Virus record (IMG/VR): IMGVR_UViG_3300002091_000022
DNA from: a virus
Direction: 5' to 3' (one strand)
Length of the DNA stretch: 64,000 bases
Positions 44,468 to 55,077 of the stretch are shown here, piece after piece. Within the stretch, counting starts at the first letter, position 1. Each line of letters opens with the position of its first letter. The notes under the pieces are model-generated. The model saw only the letters and a list, made by a program, of their open reading frames with translations, was not told where the DNA came from and made no database searches. Made by a program: the position numbers and the translations under genes.

Positions 44468-45449
44468 TGAAGGGGCATTAGATACTGGGATACAAAGTTA
44501 TCCAACATCTTCTGTTCAAGGGTCAACGTCAAATACTGGTGCTGTTAAAAAACCAACAGTAAACGTAAAACAAGATAAATTAAATAAAGTCGTTCCTCAA
44601 TTAAAGGGGGATGATGTTAATATTAATATCGTTGGTGAGGATACAACAATGAAACCAAAGAAGTTATCATATTTATCCGATATATTGGATGAAAATAATG
44701 AAGTATCGAAACCGTTTAATTTAAATGGTAAAAATTATCAAATGGTACGAGCTCTAACTCAAGAAAATGAAAAAGTTATGGGTGTTTATTCATTGGATGA
44801 AATGGATGAATTTGGCGAAAATCGTATTCATGATATTTCTGAATTTGAGAAGTCTATTGATAATAAACAACCTACAAGTGAAGAAGGTGTTGTTGAACCA
44901 GAAGGGCCACAAGCTGATGTATTAAAGCCAACAGCAGAACCTACTGAAAATGCACAAAGTAATCCTAATTTTGTAGGGTTTAAGCATTTTATTGTTAATA
45001 AGAAGACTGGTAAGGCAAGGAAGTTTAAAGACATTTCTGAACTAGCTAAGGCTCAAATGGGTGATGATGAACAATACATGGGTGTACGAGATTTTAAGAA
45101 GTACGTTGATGAAGCATTATTTGGTGCTAATAAAAGGCAACCGCAAGCTCAAGCTATGTCTGAGGAACAACAAATTAACGGCCAAGAAAATGATGAACAA
45201 ATGGCACTTAAGGCTGAACAACTAATGGATATGATTAAGAAGAAACTTCCAGCTGGAATATTAGAAACGATTACAACCCCTGTTGCTCAAAGAGAAGTTA
45301 TAGCTGCTTTTGCTGAAATGGTAGGTGTAAAAAGAAATGATTTGGTGAAGGTTGTAGCTACTCTGAAGGATTTAAATGCTAAACCAGCAAACAATATCCA
45401 AGAAAACAGAAAAGTAATAAAGACCATAAAAATAAAAGATTTAGCATAA
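44445..45449 (+). CDS. hypothetical late protein
   Basis: Coupled ORF; acidic. Confidence 0.8.
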   Translation: MKNKNKVNEGALDTGIQSYPTSSVQGSTSNTGAVKKPTVNVKQDKLNKVVPQLKGDDVNINIVGEDTTMKPKKLSYLSDILDENNEVSKPFNLNGKNYQMVRALTQENEKVMGVYSLDEMDEFGENRIHDISEFEKSIDNKQPTSEEGVVEPEGPQADVLKPTAEPTENAQSNPNFVGFKHFIVNKKTGKARKFKDISELAKAQMGDDEQYMGVRDFKKYVDEALFGANKRQPQAQAMSEEQQINGQENDEQMALKAEQLMDMIKKKLPAGILETITTPVAQREVIAAFAEMVGVKRNDLVKVVATLKDLNAKPANNIQENRKVIKTIKIKDLA

Positions 45450-46660
45450 TGAGTGATTATAAAAAATTAGTTGCTTTGGCTCTAGCTAAGAGTCAAACAG
45501 TAAAACTAAAAAGACGAATAAATGAAAGTATCTTATACCCTGATGGTATGACTGAAAGGATGAACCCTAAACTTGAAGAAGATTTAAGATTACAAAAACA
45601 CTCATTAGGTAAGCATCCAGCTTTACCAGAAGGTGATGAATATAGTTTTGAAGAAAAGATTATGGGTGAGAGGTTTAGTGAAGTTGCTAATAGGTATAAA
45701 AGAGCTTTTGATGTTGATACAATTGATACAGCTGAATTAGTTCAGAGTATGTTACCAATGGTAACTGATACAATGAGTATTGAATCTAAACACAAAAAAG
45801 ATTTAGAAAAATTGGCGGTTAAGATGATTCGAGAGGAATATGATATTAGTGAAGATGCTGTTGAAATAATAGCTGAAATAACTGATGATATTAGTCTTGA
45901 GGGTACTATAACAAATCCTAAACCGATGCCTGTTGATAAGATGGAATTTGGTTCTCATGATGATATTGTTAATGCTAATGAAGAAGTATATAAAAGAAGA
46001 TTCACAAATGCTATGACTCAAGGAGCTGCAAAAAAGTGTAATCATATGTTCCACATGGTTGATGATGAGTTAACTCAAATTAACCCTAAATTACCGAATA
46101 GATACGCTAAGATGATGGCCGCTGCTGATTATATGTATTATGTTGTTCCTGATTTACAAACGGCTGTTAATGCTGGCGTTGTTAGAGTTACATTTCCAAC
46201 TAAAGAAAATCCTAAAGCTACTATATTTGCTCAAGCATTAGTTTTCCCAGTACTTGTACATGAGATTGTTAAGGGTGTAATGGAATTGTTATCAGCGCAT
46301 GGTTTACCTAAAGATAAAAAATTAGGTAAGTTTGTTATCAATAAGGCTGATTTCTTAGCTGCTGAACCATGGGATATGAGAATCGGTCCAGCTATTTGGG
46401 GTAAATTCGCCGATATGATTGACCCTGATGATTTTGATTTAAAACATCATATTTATTCTGAATTGGTTAAACTTCCAGCTAAAGAATTTCACCGACAGAT
46501 GAAAGAAATATTAGCTGGTACCAAACAAGGGAAGAAGATTATAACAGATGTGGTTAATAAGGTTAGACGTGAATTCCAAGAAGAAGAGTTTAATAACGCT
46601 TTAGATGAAACGGATGTTAAGGATGACGATGAAGATTTTAAGATAGATTTCTTTCTATAA
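45449..46660 (+). CDS. hypothetical late protein
   Basis: 403-aa ORF; terminator at 46660-46689. Confidence 0.8.
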   Translation: MSDYKKLVALALAKSQTVKLKRRINESILYPDGMTERMNPKLEEDLRLQKHSLGKHPALPEGDEYSFEEKIMGERFSEVANRYKRAFDVDTIDTAELVQSMLPMVTDTMSIESKHKKDLEKLAVKMIREEYDISEDAVEIIAEITDDISLEGTITNPKPMPVDKMEFGSHDDIVNANEEVYKRRFTNAMTQGAAKKCNHMFHMVDDELTQINPKLPNRYAKMMAAADYMYYVVPDLQTAVNAGVVRVTFPTKENPKATIFAQALVFPVLVHEIVKGVMELLSAHGLPKDKKLGKFVINKADFLAAEPWDMRIGPAIWGKFADMIDPDDFDLKHHIYSELVKLPAKEFHRQMKEILAGTKQGKKIITDVVNKVRREFQEEEFNNALDETDVKDDDEDFKIDFFL

Positions 46661-46742
46661 AAAAAGGCACTCAATTGAGTGCCTTTTTTGTTTTATAGGT
46701 GTAAAATACACATTTTATTGGTTTTCAGTATATTTATTTAGT

Positions 46743-48533
46743 ATGTTAACCAAACAAGAAATATTATTAGAGTACGGAAAATGTCTATCAAATCCAATTT
46801 ATGCTATACAAACATATTTGGAAACATTTGATAAGACACAGGAAGGTTTCGTACCATTCAAGCTCTTCCCACGACAAAAAGAGATAATTAACTGTTATGA
46901 AAAGCATAGGTTTAATCTAGTAACTAAGCCAAGACAGGCTGGGGTTTCTACCACTACCGCCGCTTATTTATCTGTAAAGGTCGCCTTTGCTGATGATAAT
47001 AATCCAGAAGCGATATTGATTATTGCAAATAAACAAGAATTGGCATTTGAATTCTTAGCTAAGATTAAAGACTTCTTAAGCCAAATACCAAGATGGGTAT
47101 GGGGTCCAGATTACTATGGTAACGCTAAAAATGAGAGTAAAGAAATATTCATCACAAATGCTAAAGGTGAATTAAAATTACCTAATGGTAGCCGTGTTAA
47201 AGCGGTTGCTACATCTAAGGATGCTCTTCGTGGTTTTACACCAACATATTTGATTATGGATGAAGCGGCATATATTGACAATGGTGCTGAAGTATTTGGT
47301 GCTGCGTTAACAGCGTTAGGTACGGGTGGTAAAGCTACGCTTATATCAACGCCAAATGGTATGGATAAACTATATTATGAAACATATTCTCAATCAAAAG
47401 CTAAGAAGAATAATTTCAATATAGTTGAAATGAAATGGTATGAAGATTTAAGGTATAATAAGGACCTTAGATGGTTGAAGGATGAAGAAGTGTTTTATGA
47501 GTACGAGTTTACGTTCGATTCATACAAAGAAAAAATACAACAAGGTTATAAGCCAACATCCTCATGGTATGAAGACATGTGCCGTGGTATGAATAATGAT
47601 TCCCGAATGATTGCACAGGAACTTGATGTATCATTTATTGGTTCTGGTGGTAACGTAATTAATGAAGAAGATATTCAAGCGCAAGAATTATTAAATGTTG
47701 AGGAACCAAAATTTATCACAGGTTCCGATAGTGAAGTTTGGATTTGGAAACAACCAGAAGAAGGTCATCAATATATAATGGGGGTGGACGTTGCTAGAGG
47801 TGATGGCGAGGATTCCTCAACAATTGTGATGCTTGACTTTACTACAATGGAACAAGTAATGGAATATCAAAGTAAGATTCAGCCAGATTTATTAGCTCAA
47901 TTAGTTTATGAGTATGGTGAATTATATAAAGCATATACAGTTGTGGATATTACGGGGGGTATGGGTGTAACAACGATATTAAAATTATTGGAGTTTGGTT
48001 ATAAACGATTACACTATGAGGTTCCTTATGGTAAGATATTATCAAGTAAGGAAAAACAAAGGCAATTGGATAGTTTTAAGAAAGATGAAAAAACACCAGG
48101 TTTTCAAATTGGTACCGTTCGTCTTTCAATGATTCAAAACTTTGAGGAAAAGGTACGAAATAATGTCGTAAAGATTAGGTCAACTAGACTTATTAATGAA
48201 ATTAAAACTTTTATCTATAAGAATGGTAGGCCAGACCACATGGATGGTTACCATGATGATTTAGTAATGTCATTAGCTATGTGTTTATGGGTTGTTGAAC
48301 ATTCCTTCAAGAACTTAGAAAAAGTTGAAAAACAAGCTAAGGCTATGCTTGAAAGTTGGTTAACTGTCGGCGGTGAAGTAAAACAACCAAATGTTTCACG
48401 TGGAACAGGGTTTGTACCTAGAGATTCAAGACAACAAAGAGAATTACCTAAACCTAAATTTAGTCCTATAGTTTCTAAGAATATGCAAGACCCTACAGGT
48501 CAATATTTATGGTTATTTAGCGGAACAAAATAA
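46743..48533 (+). CDS. terL: terminase large subunit (T4 gp17-like)
   Basis: KPRQAGVST; LIMDEAAY; ISTPNG; GVDVARG; DDLVMS. Confidence 0.95.
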   Translation: MLTKQEILLEYGKCLSNPIYAIQTYLETFDKTQEGFVPFKLFPRQKEIINCYEKHRFNLVTKPRQAGVSTTTAAYLSVKVAFADDNNPEAILIIANKQELAFEFLAKIKDFLSQIPRWVWGPDYYGNAKNESKEIFITNAKGELKLPNGSRVKAVATSKDALRGFTPTYLIMDEAAYIDNGAEVFGAALTALGTGGKATLISTPNGMDKLYYETYSQSKAKKNNFNIVEMKWYEDLRYNKDLRWLKDEEVFYEYEFTFDSYKEKIQQGYKPTSSWYEDMCRGMNNDSRMIAQELDVSFIGSGGNVINEEDIQAQELLNVEEPKFITGSDSEVWIWKQPEEGHQYIMGVDVARGDGEDSSTIVMLDFTTMEQVMEYQSKIQPDLLAQLVYEYGELYKAYTVVDITGGMGVTTILKLLEFGYKRLHYEVPYGKILSSKEKQRQLDSFKKDEKTPGFQIGTVRLSMIQNFEEKVRNNVVKIRSTRLINEIKTFIYKNGRPDHMDGYHDDLVMSLAMCLWVVEHSFKNLEKVEKQAKAMLESWLTVGGEVKQPNVSRGTGFVPRDSRQQRELPKPKFSPIVSKNMQDPTGQYLWLFSGTK

Positions 48534-48539
48534 TTTAAC

Positions 48540-48791
48540 ATGAAAGAAAGAAAAATTGGACAATTTGCCGAGAAGGGGTTTACCCCAATTTTATACACTT
48601 GGACACCTGAGACATCGGTAAAAAAAAATAATAAAAATATTGAACCTATCGTAGCGGCTGAATTTTGTACAGCTAAAGCTGGTTCAGAGGGTGGTGACTA
48701 TATTACCACTTATTGTTACGACATAATTTTTAATACTAAATTAAATGAATTCGAACGACTTGCATACGTTGAGTGTGGATATGTTGAGTAA
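48540..48791 (+). CDS. hypothetical protein
   Basis: ORF between terminase and portal. Confidence 0.6.
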   Translation: MKERKIGQFAEKGFTPILYTWTPETSVKKNNKNIEPIVAAEFCTAKAGSEGGDYITTYCYDIIFNTKLNEFERLAYVECGYVE

Positions 48792-48833
48792 CTCTTTATT
48801 TTAGTAATAAAAAGCCTATAATAAAATAAAAAA

Positions 48834-50891
48834 ATGGCTAATAAAAATTTAACTGTTTTCCAAGCAATCGGTCAAGTATTAGGACCCAATGGAATCAAGA
48901 ACAAACCGCAGCAACCTGCAAAACAAACACAAAGATACAACATTGGACAAGATGTTTTATTAAAGACTACAGATAAAAAGGAATACGAAACTGCTAAGTT
49001 ACAAGCTCAACAGAATAAGTACTTAGGACAAATGTGGAAAAAAGTAGAGCATGGCTTATTTCAACAAGCTGTTAACTATGAAACTTCACGTATTGGTTCT
49101 TATTCTGATTTTGAAGCTATGGAGTTTTATCCAGAAATTGCCGCAGCTTTAGATATTATGATGGAAGAATCTACAACATTAAATAATGATGGTAGAATGA
49201 TTAATGTTTATTCTGATAGCAAAAGGGTAAAGGGTATTGTAGAAGATTTAATGTTTAACAGACTTGATGTTCACACCGCATTACCAATGTGGACCAGAAA
49301 TACTTGTAAGTATGGCGATAACTTCGTTTACTTAAACATTGATGAGAAGCAAGGTGTAACTGGTGCTAAACAAATGCCTAACTATGAAATGGAGAGAAGG
49401 GATGGTGGATTATTTGATATGATTTCACAATCTAATACTGAAGAATATAAGACTGATAAGACTAAATTCTACTGGCGAGGTCGTGATGTTGAATTTAACT
49501 CTTGGCAAATTGCTCACTTTAGGTTATTGGGAGATGATAGAAAATTACCATATGGTACTTCAATGCTTGAAAAAGCTAGAAGAATTTGGAAGCAATTATT
49601 GTTATCTGAAGATGCCATGTTGGTTTATCGTGTAACTAGAGCACCAGAAAGAAGAATTTATAAAATATACGTTGGTAATATTGATGATAAGGATGTTGCG
49701 GCTTACGTAAATGAAATTGCTAATAGGTTTAAAAGAACACCTATGGTTGACCCACAAACAGGACAAGTTGATTTAAGATATAATCAATTAAGTAATGACC
49801 AAGATTACTTTATTCCAGTGAGAAGTGAGGACGCACCGAATCCGATAGATACGTTACCAGGTGCTGCTAATCTTGACCAAATTGCCGATATTGAATATCT
49901 TCAAAAGAAGTTATTCACAGCCTTAAGAGTACCTAAACCATTCTTAGGTTTTGATGATACTACTGGTGAAGGTAAGAACTTAGCTTTACAAGATATTCGT
50001 TTCTCAAGAACCGTTAATAGGATTCAACAAGCGATGTTACAAGAACTTAATAAGATTGTTATTATACATCTTTATTTATTAGGTTTTGAGGAAGATTTAG
50101 ACAACTTTACACTTACGTTAAACAATCCATCAACTCAAGCGGAAATGCTTAAAATTGAGCACTTACAATTGAAGATGACACTTTATAAAGATGCGGTATC
50201 TGATGCTGGTAATGGTTTTGGTGCTATGTCAATGACTAGAGCTAGAAGAGAAATATTTGGTTGGTCAGATAATGATATTAAACAAGACTTATTGGAACAA
50301 AGAATGGAAAAAGCTGCTGCGGCAGAATTGGCTAATTCAGCTAATGTTATTAAACATACTGGTATGTTCGATATTGTCGATAGGATATATGGTGATATGA
50401 AACTAGCACTTAAGGGTGGTGGTACACCTCCAGAAGAAGGTGGTGAAGGTGGCGGTGGAGCTATCGGCGGTGGGGGCGGTGGCTTCGGCGGCGGTGGTGT
50501 TTCACCAGATGATTTAGATTTCGGTGACGAAGGTGAGGATGGTGAAGATGCTGAAATGGGTGGTGAAGCTGGCGGTGATGCTGCTGGTGCTGAACCTGAA
50601 ATAGGTGGTGATGCTGCTGGGGCTGAACCTGCGGACGCTACTGAACCTCAAGCAACGACAGCTGAAGAAATCAACAAGATTAACGCATTACTTACAGAAC
50701 AAAAGAAAATCTTGAATGAGAAATTGGCTAGTAGGTCTAAAAAATATAACAACAGATTCTTTACTAAATTAATTGATTCTGTTGACCATGCTGAAAAGTC
50801 TGTTGATAGTATAAAAATCGTGGATAAGAACGTAAGAATTAACGAAACTGTTAATACTATGATTAAAGACATTGATGATATGCTAAAATAA
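48834..50891 (+). CDS. portal protein (T4 gp20-like) with acidic Gly-rich C-terminal extension
   Basis: EDAMLVYRVTRAPERRIY..VGN; DYFIPVR; TLPGAANL; YLQKKLFTALRVP. Confidence 0.93.
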   Translation: MANKNLTVFQAIGQVLGPNGIKNKPQQPAKQTQRYNIGQDVLLKTTDKKEYETAKLQAQQNKYLGQMWKKVEHGLFQQAVNYETSRIGSYSDFEAMEFYPEIAAALDIMMEESTTLNNDGRMINVYSDSKRVKGIVEDLMFNRLDVHTALPMWTRNTCKYGDNFVYLNIDEKQGVTGAKQMPNYEMERRDGGLFDMISQSNTEEYKTDKTKFYWRGRDVEFNSWQIAHFRLLGDDRKLPYGTSMLEKARRIWKQLLLSEDAMLVYRVTRAPERRIYKIYVGNIDDKDVAAYVNEIANRFKRTPMVDPQTGQVDLRYNQLSNDQDYFIPVRSEDAPNPIDTLPGAANLDQIADIEYLQKKLFTALRVPKPFLGFDDTTGEGKNLALQDIRFSRTVNRIQQAMLQELNKIVIIHLYLLGFEEDLDNFTLTLNNPSTQAEMLKIEHLQLKMTLYKDAVSDAGNGFGAMSMTRARREIFGWSDNDIKQDLLEQRMEKAAAAELANSANVIKHTGMFDIVDRIYGDMKLALKGGGTPPEEGGEGGGGAIGGGGGGFGGGGVSPDDLDFGDEGEDGEDAEMGGEAGGDAAGAEPEIGGDAAGAEPADATEPQATTAEEINKINALLTEQKKILNEKLASRSKKYNNRFFTKLIDSVDHAEKSVDSIKIVDKNVRINETVNTMIKDIDDMLK

Positions 50892-50937
50892 GATAGCTTT
50901 TCACGGGAATAATGATATTTATAAATAAATAAAAAGG

Positions 50938-51714
50938 ATGGAGAATTTTGGTAAAATAATGAATATTTTTAATAATATATTAGCGGAAGGTATTTCTAAA
51001 AAAGATACTAATTCTAAGACGTTATTTAAGAAATATTTAAAGGCAATAAAGGAAAGTGACATCTTAAGAACTCAATTCTTAGTTTACAATAATATTGAAA
51101 CATGGGTTGATGATGACGTGATGTCTAGTCATCTATTTATCTCCGAAAATTTAAGGTTATTAGAGAAGTTTAAAAAAGCAGATATAATAAAGGAGAATAA
51201 GAAGTTAGTTGATTTACTTGGTAGTAAACCTACTGATGCCACATATGCTTTAAGTGATTTACACGAATCAATATCTAATTTAGTTTTTTTAAAGAGAGTT
51301 CCAGAAAATGTTGCAGGTATAACTGAGAATATTAAAAAGGTTACTAAGCACATAATAAACAACAATAAGGCGAAGGTAGTGAATGAAAGTTTTGATTTAC
51401 CAAATAGTATGATTACAAATTTAATGCTAGGTAAATTCAATGAAAAATATGGCTCATTAGATGAGGCCGATAGAAAGATATTAACTATGTTAATTAATTC
51501 TACTCTTGATGAGAAAAAGGACTATTATTCAACTGTTGCTAGTGAATGTATTGCGCTAATTGACTCTATGCTAAAAGAGTCCAACAATGATTCTAAGGAT
51601 AAACTCTTACAAGCTAAGGATAGATTAGCTCAAAAGGTTGATTTAAACGAAGATAACTTTACAACTAAAGTATATAAGTTAATTGAGTTAAAAAACAACT
51701 TAATTAATAGTTAA
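50938..51714 (+). CDS. hypothetical head-module protein
   Basis: ATATTTAT at 50915. Confidence 0.78.
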   Translation: MENFGKIMNIFNNILAEGISKKDTNSKTLFKKYLKAIKESDILRTQFLVYNNIETWVDDDVMSSHLFISENLRLLEKFKKADIIKENKKLVDLLGSKPTDATYALSDLHESISNLVFLKRVPENVAGITENIKKVTKHIINNNKAKVVNESFDLPNSMITNLMLGKFNEKYGSLDEADRKILTMLINSTLDEKKDYYSTVASECIALIDSMLKESNNDSKDKLLQAKDRLAQKVDLNEDNFTTKVYKLIELKNNLINS

Positions 51715-51730
51715 ATTCAAAAAGAAATTC

Positions 51731-51934
51731 ATGGTTACAAAAAAAGCACCGAATACCAACATTGAAAAATTAAGACTATTATCGGATGAATTGGTAAAAT
51801 ATGGTGATGAGTCGATTGTTAAACACAAAAGTACTCTCGAAAAGATAAAAAAATTAATAACGAAGATTCAGAATTTGGATGAGGTGAGACGTGTAATCGA
51901 CTACGAAAGAATAATAATAAATAAAAACAATTAG
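51731..51934 (+). CDS. hypothetical protein
   Basis: 67-aa ORF. Confidence 0.5.
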   Translation: MVTKKAPNTNIEKLRLLSDELVKYGDESIVKHKSTLEKIKKLITKIQNLDEVRRVIDYERIIINKNN

Positions 51935-51939
51935 CAAAG

Positions 51940-52278
51940 ATGGCAGCAGAAGAAACTTGGAATGATTACAGCAAATTAGTTCTTAGCGAACTTGAAAGAC
52001 TTAACGAAAGTTATGAAAAAATGAGGGAAGATATTCACGCTCATTTTAAAGAAATGAATGTTGTACTTTCTGAATTTAAGAACACTGAAAAAAACGTTAC
52101 TGACCATAAGATTTGGATAGAGAAGGTAAATGACGTTTGGTCCCCAGCTCAAATGAAACAAGCTAAGGATGAAATATATGAACAGAAAGGAAAATGGACG
52201 GCAGCAGTTGCCATATTTACCTTTATTCAAATTGTTATGGGAATTATTATAGCATTGGGTTTTAAATTATTTAAATAA
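51940..52278 (+). CDS. coiled-coil protein with C-terminal TM helix
   Basis: Ends WTAAVAIFTFIQIVMGIIIALGFKLFK. Confidence 0.72.
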   Translation: MAAEETWNDYSKLVLSELERLNESYEKMREDIHAHFKEMNVVLSEFKNTEKNVTDHKIWIEKVNDVWSPAQMKQAKDEIYEQKGKWTAAVAIFTFIQIVMGIIIALGFKLFK

Positions 52279-52328
52279 TATTTGACCAAATCAATTTTTT
52301 TTATTATATTATACCAAAAATACCAGGT

Positions 52329-52769
52329 ATGAAAAAAGGAAAAGAATTGAAGAACAATGATTTTAAAAATTACAATGTAACTTACGGAAGCGTAAACAAC
52401 AAAAACAACAAGGCTGTCTATATTAACATATCGACATGGGCCGAACCAGATTATGATGATGAGATTAATTATCATAGAGTCATAAGAGATATTGATAAAG
52501 GCATTCGCCAAACAATATTTCACGAACTAGATAAAGAAATTACTCCGTTCTTAAATAATAGGACGATTGTTGATTTTGATATAAGAGAATCTGGTATTAG
52601 GTCGACTAAGAAGAGTTTTACTAATTGTGAGATAACTCTTTATACTAAGAATGAAATACCCATTAATTCTGAAGATATTAAGCCATTCCTTGATGATTTA
52701 ACTGAAAGTGTAATTGATAAGTGTTTTGAAAAAAATAAATACTTTAAGTTCAATAAAAGAAAGAAATAA
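52329..52769 (+). CDS. hypothetical protein
   Basis: 146-aa ORF followed by terminator 52772-52798. Confidence 0.75.
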   Translation: MKKGKELKNNDFKNYNVTYGSVNNKNNKAVYINISTWAEPDYDDEINYHRVIRDIDKGIRQTIFHELDKEITPFLNNRTIVDFDIRESGIRSTKKSFTNCEITLYTKNEIPINSEDIKPFLDDLTESVIDKCFEKNKYFKFNKRKK

Positions 52770-52830
52770 CTAAAAGCCTCATTTTTGAGGCTTTTTTTAT
52801 TCCCGTACATATTTATTATAATAAAATATT

Positions 52831-53532
52831 ATGGACGTAAGAATATTAAAAGCTGGAGAAACTGGGTTTGGTTATTTAATCGAACAAGATGCTGGGTATA
52901 TATCACCTATGGAACCTAGAAATGCCAATTTGCTAAGAGAATTTGAGAGCATGAAAGACCATGGCCAACGTGAAACCGAGAATCTTATCGTGTACGTTGT
53001 TTTACAAAAATATGGTGTTAAGAATAGGAACGGTAGAATATACCCTGAAAAAATACTTAAGACACAAAACGAAATATATCAAGATGCTATCCGAAATAGA
53101 AGGGCTTTAGGTGAATTAGACCATCCAGAGTCATCTATTATATCTGGCGATAGAATATCACATAATATTATTGAAACTTGGTGGGAAGGTCATACTCTTA
53201 TGGGTAAGATGGAAATTCCTATGACTAAGGGTTATATCAACATGGGTATTGTTTCAACGAAAGGTGATTTAGTTGCTGAGTATTTGAGACACAAATTTAT
53301 GATTGGTGTATCATCAAGAGGCGTTGGTTCATTAGAAGAACATAATGGAACATTTATAGTTCAGGAAGACTTTGAATTAATTTGTTGGGATATTGTTACG
53401 GCTCCAAGTACACCTGGTTCTTGGATGTTCAGAAACAGAAACGAAGCAAGACCATATGTAGAGAGCTATAATATAGTAAACAAGTCAAATCTTAATGAGG
53501 GTTTAGATAAATTCTTATTAGATATTTTATAA
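52831..53532 (+). CDS. prohead core protease (T4 gp21-like)
   Basis: NRNGRIYP; ALGELDHPES; GVSSRGVGSL; WDIVTAPSTPG. Confidence 0.93.
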   Translation: MDVRILKAGETGFGYLIEQDAGYISPMEPRNANLLREFESMKDHGQRETENLIVYVVLQKYGVKNRNGRIYPEKILKTQNEIYQDAIRNRRALGELDHPESSIISGDRISHNIIETWWEGHTLMGKMEIPMTKGYINMGIVSTKGDLVAEYLRHKFMIGVSSRGVGSLEEHNGTFIVQEDFELICWDIVTAPSTPGSWMFRNRNEARPYVESYNIVNKSNLNEGLDKFLLDIL

Positions 53533-53629
53533 TATTTTTTATAAAAATTGATTTTTCATAAAATAACACATATTTATTATGTAAGTGGGTAATACTTAAT
53601 CATTTATCACTAAAATTAAAGAAAATAAA

Positions 53630-55057
53630 ATGGCAGAAAAAAAATCAGTTGTAGAAGAAGCATTATTGGACATTAAAAAAATTCAAGAAGCTTTAAAAAA
53701 CAATACCAAAGAAATACTTCGTACTGTAGCGGTAGAAGAAATTAACGGGATGATAAAAGAGTCGCTTTTAGAAAGTGATTACGAAGAAGAAACTGTTAGC
53801 GATGAAGACGGTGAATCAAGTGAAGAAACTTCAACTTCTGACGAAGGTGGAGAAACTGAAACTGATACAGAAGTTGACGTTGAAGACAATGATTCTGATG
53901 ACGAAGAAGAAGTTGATATTCAAGCACCAGAGGAAGTTGGCGGTGACCAAGAAGACGATATGGACATTGATATGTCAGGTGGTGATGAATTAGATATGAC
54001 AGGTGCGTCTGATGATGATGTTATCGCAATTTATAGAAAATTGAGTGGTGATGACGAAATTGAAATTGTAGGTGACGAAATTCACTTGAACATTTCAGAA
54101 CCAGGCCAGTACATCGTTAAGAAAGGTGGTCTAAGTGGTGGTGCAATGCCATCTGCTGAAACAGGTGATGAATTTGGTGGAGATGAGTTTGGTGGCGATG
54201 AATTCGGTGGTGAAGAAGGAAGTGAACTTGGCGGTGCTGAGGGCGGTGAATTCGGTGGTGCTGAAGGTGGCGAATTTGGTGGAGAAGAAGGTGATGAATT
54301 TGGAACTGAAGTTGGAGCTGAAGGCGGTGCTGAAGGTGGTAGCGAATTTCCAGAAGAAGAAACTGAAGAAGAACCAATCTACGAAATCGAAATGGATGAT
54401 GAAGAAACTGTAACTGAAGGTGACGAAGAAGTTACTGAAGGTGAAGAAGACGAAGAAGAAACTGTAACTGAAGGTGGTGAAGAAGACGAAGAAACAATTG
54501 AAGAAAAAATTAGTATTGGTACTGGCATGAGCGTAGGTTCACACCGTAACAAGACTGTCAATTCAACTGGTGCTGGTAGCAACCCTAAGATAACAAAAGA
54601 ATCTATCGCATCTAAGAAAGTTCTTACTGAAACTGTAACAAAGTACAAAGCGTTACTTAAAGAATCTGCTGAACTTAAGCGTGAAAATGAAGAATTCAGA
54701 TTAGCTCTTAAGCAATTCAGACATACATTAGTTGAAACTGTGGTATTCAATTCAAATTTAAGCTATGTAGCTAAATTGTTTATCGAACATTCAACTACTA
54801 AGGATGAGAAGAAAAAAATTATCGAAAGATTTGATAATGAAGTTTCTAATCTAAAAGAATCCAAAAAGTTATACAAAACTATTGTTAGTGAATTAGAAAC
54901 AAGAAAACCTATGAACGAATCAATAGAAACAAAAATAAACAAAGTGGCAACAACTGGTGGTTCTAAACAATTAAACGAAGTAACCGCTTACGTTGACCCT
55001 TCTACACAAAGAATTAAAGATTTAATATCTAGGGTAGAAAACAAAGATAAATACTAA
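53630..55057 (+). CDS. prohead scaffold protein (gp22-like)
   Basis: Between protease and MCP; very acidic with GDEFG/GAEGGEFG repeats; C-terminal coiled coil. Confidence 0.8.
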   Translation: MAEKKSVVEEALLDIKKIQEALKNNTKEILRTVAVEEINGMIKESLLESDYEEETVSDEDGESSEETSTSDEGGETETDTEVDVEDNDSDDEEEVDIQAPEEVGGDQEDDMDIDMSGGDELDMTGASDDDVIAIYRKLSGDDEIEIVGDEIHLNISEPGQYIVKKGGLSGGAMPSAETGDEFGGDEFGGDEFGGEEGSELGGAEGGEFGGAEGGEFGGEEGDEFGTEVGAEGGAEGGSEFPEEETEEEPIYEIEMDDEETVTEGDEEVTEGEEDEEETVTEGGEEDEETIEEKISIGTGMSVGSHRNKTVNSTGAGSNPKITKESIASKKVLTETVTKYKALLKESAELKRENEEFRLALKQFRHTLVETVVFNSNLSYVAKLFIEHSTTKDEKKKIIERFDNEVSNLKESKKLYKTIVSELETRKPMNESIETKINKVATTGGSKQLNEVTAYVDPSTQRIKDLISRVENKDKY

Positions 55058-55077
55058 AAAAATAAACCAAAAAAATT

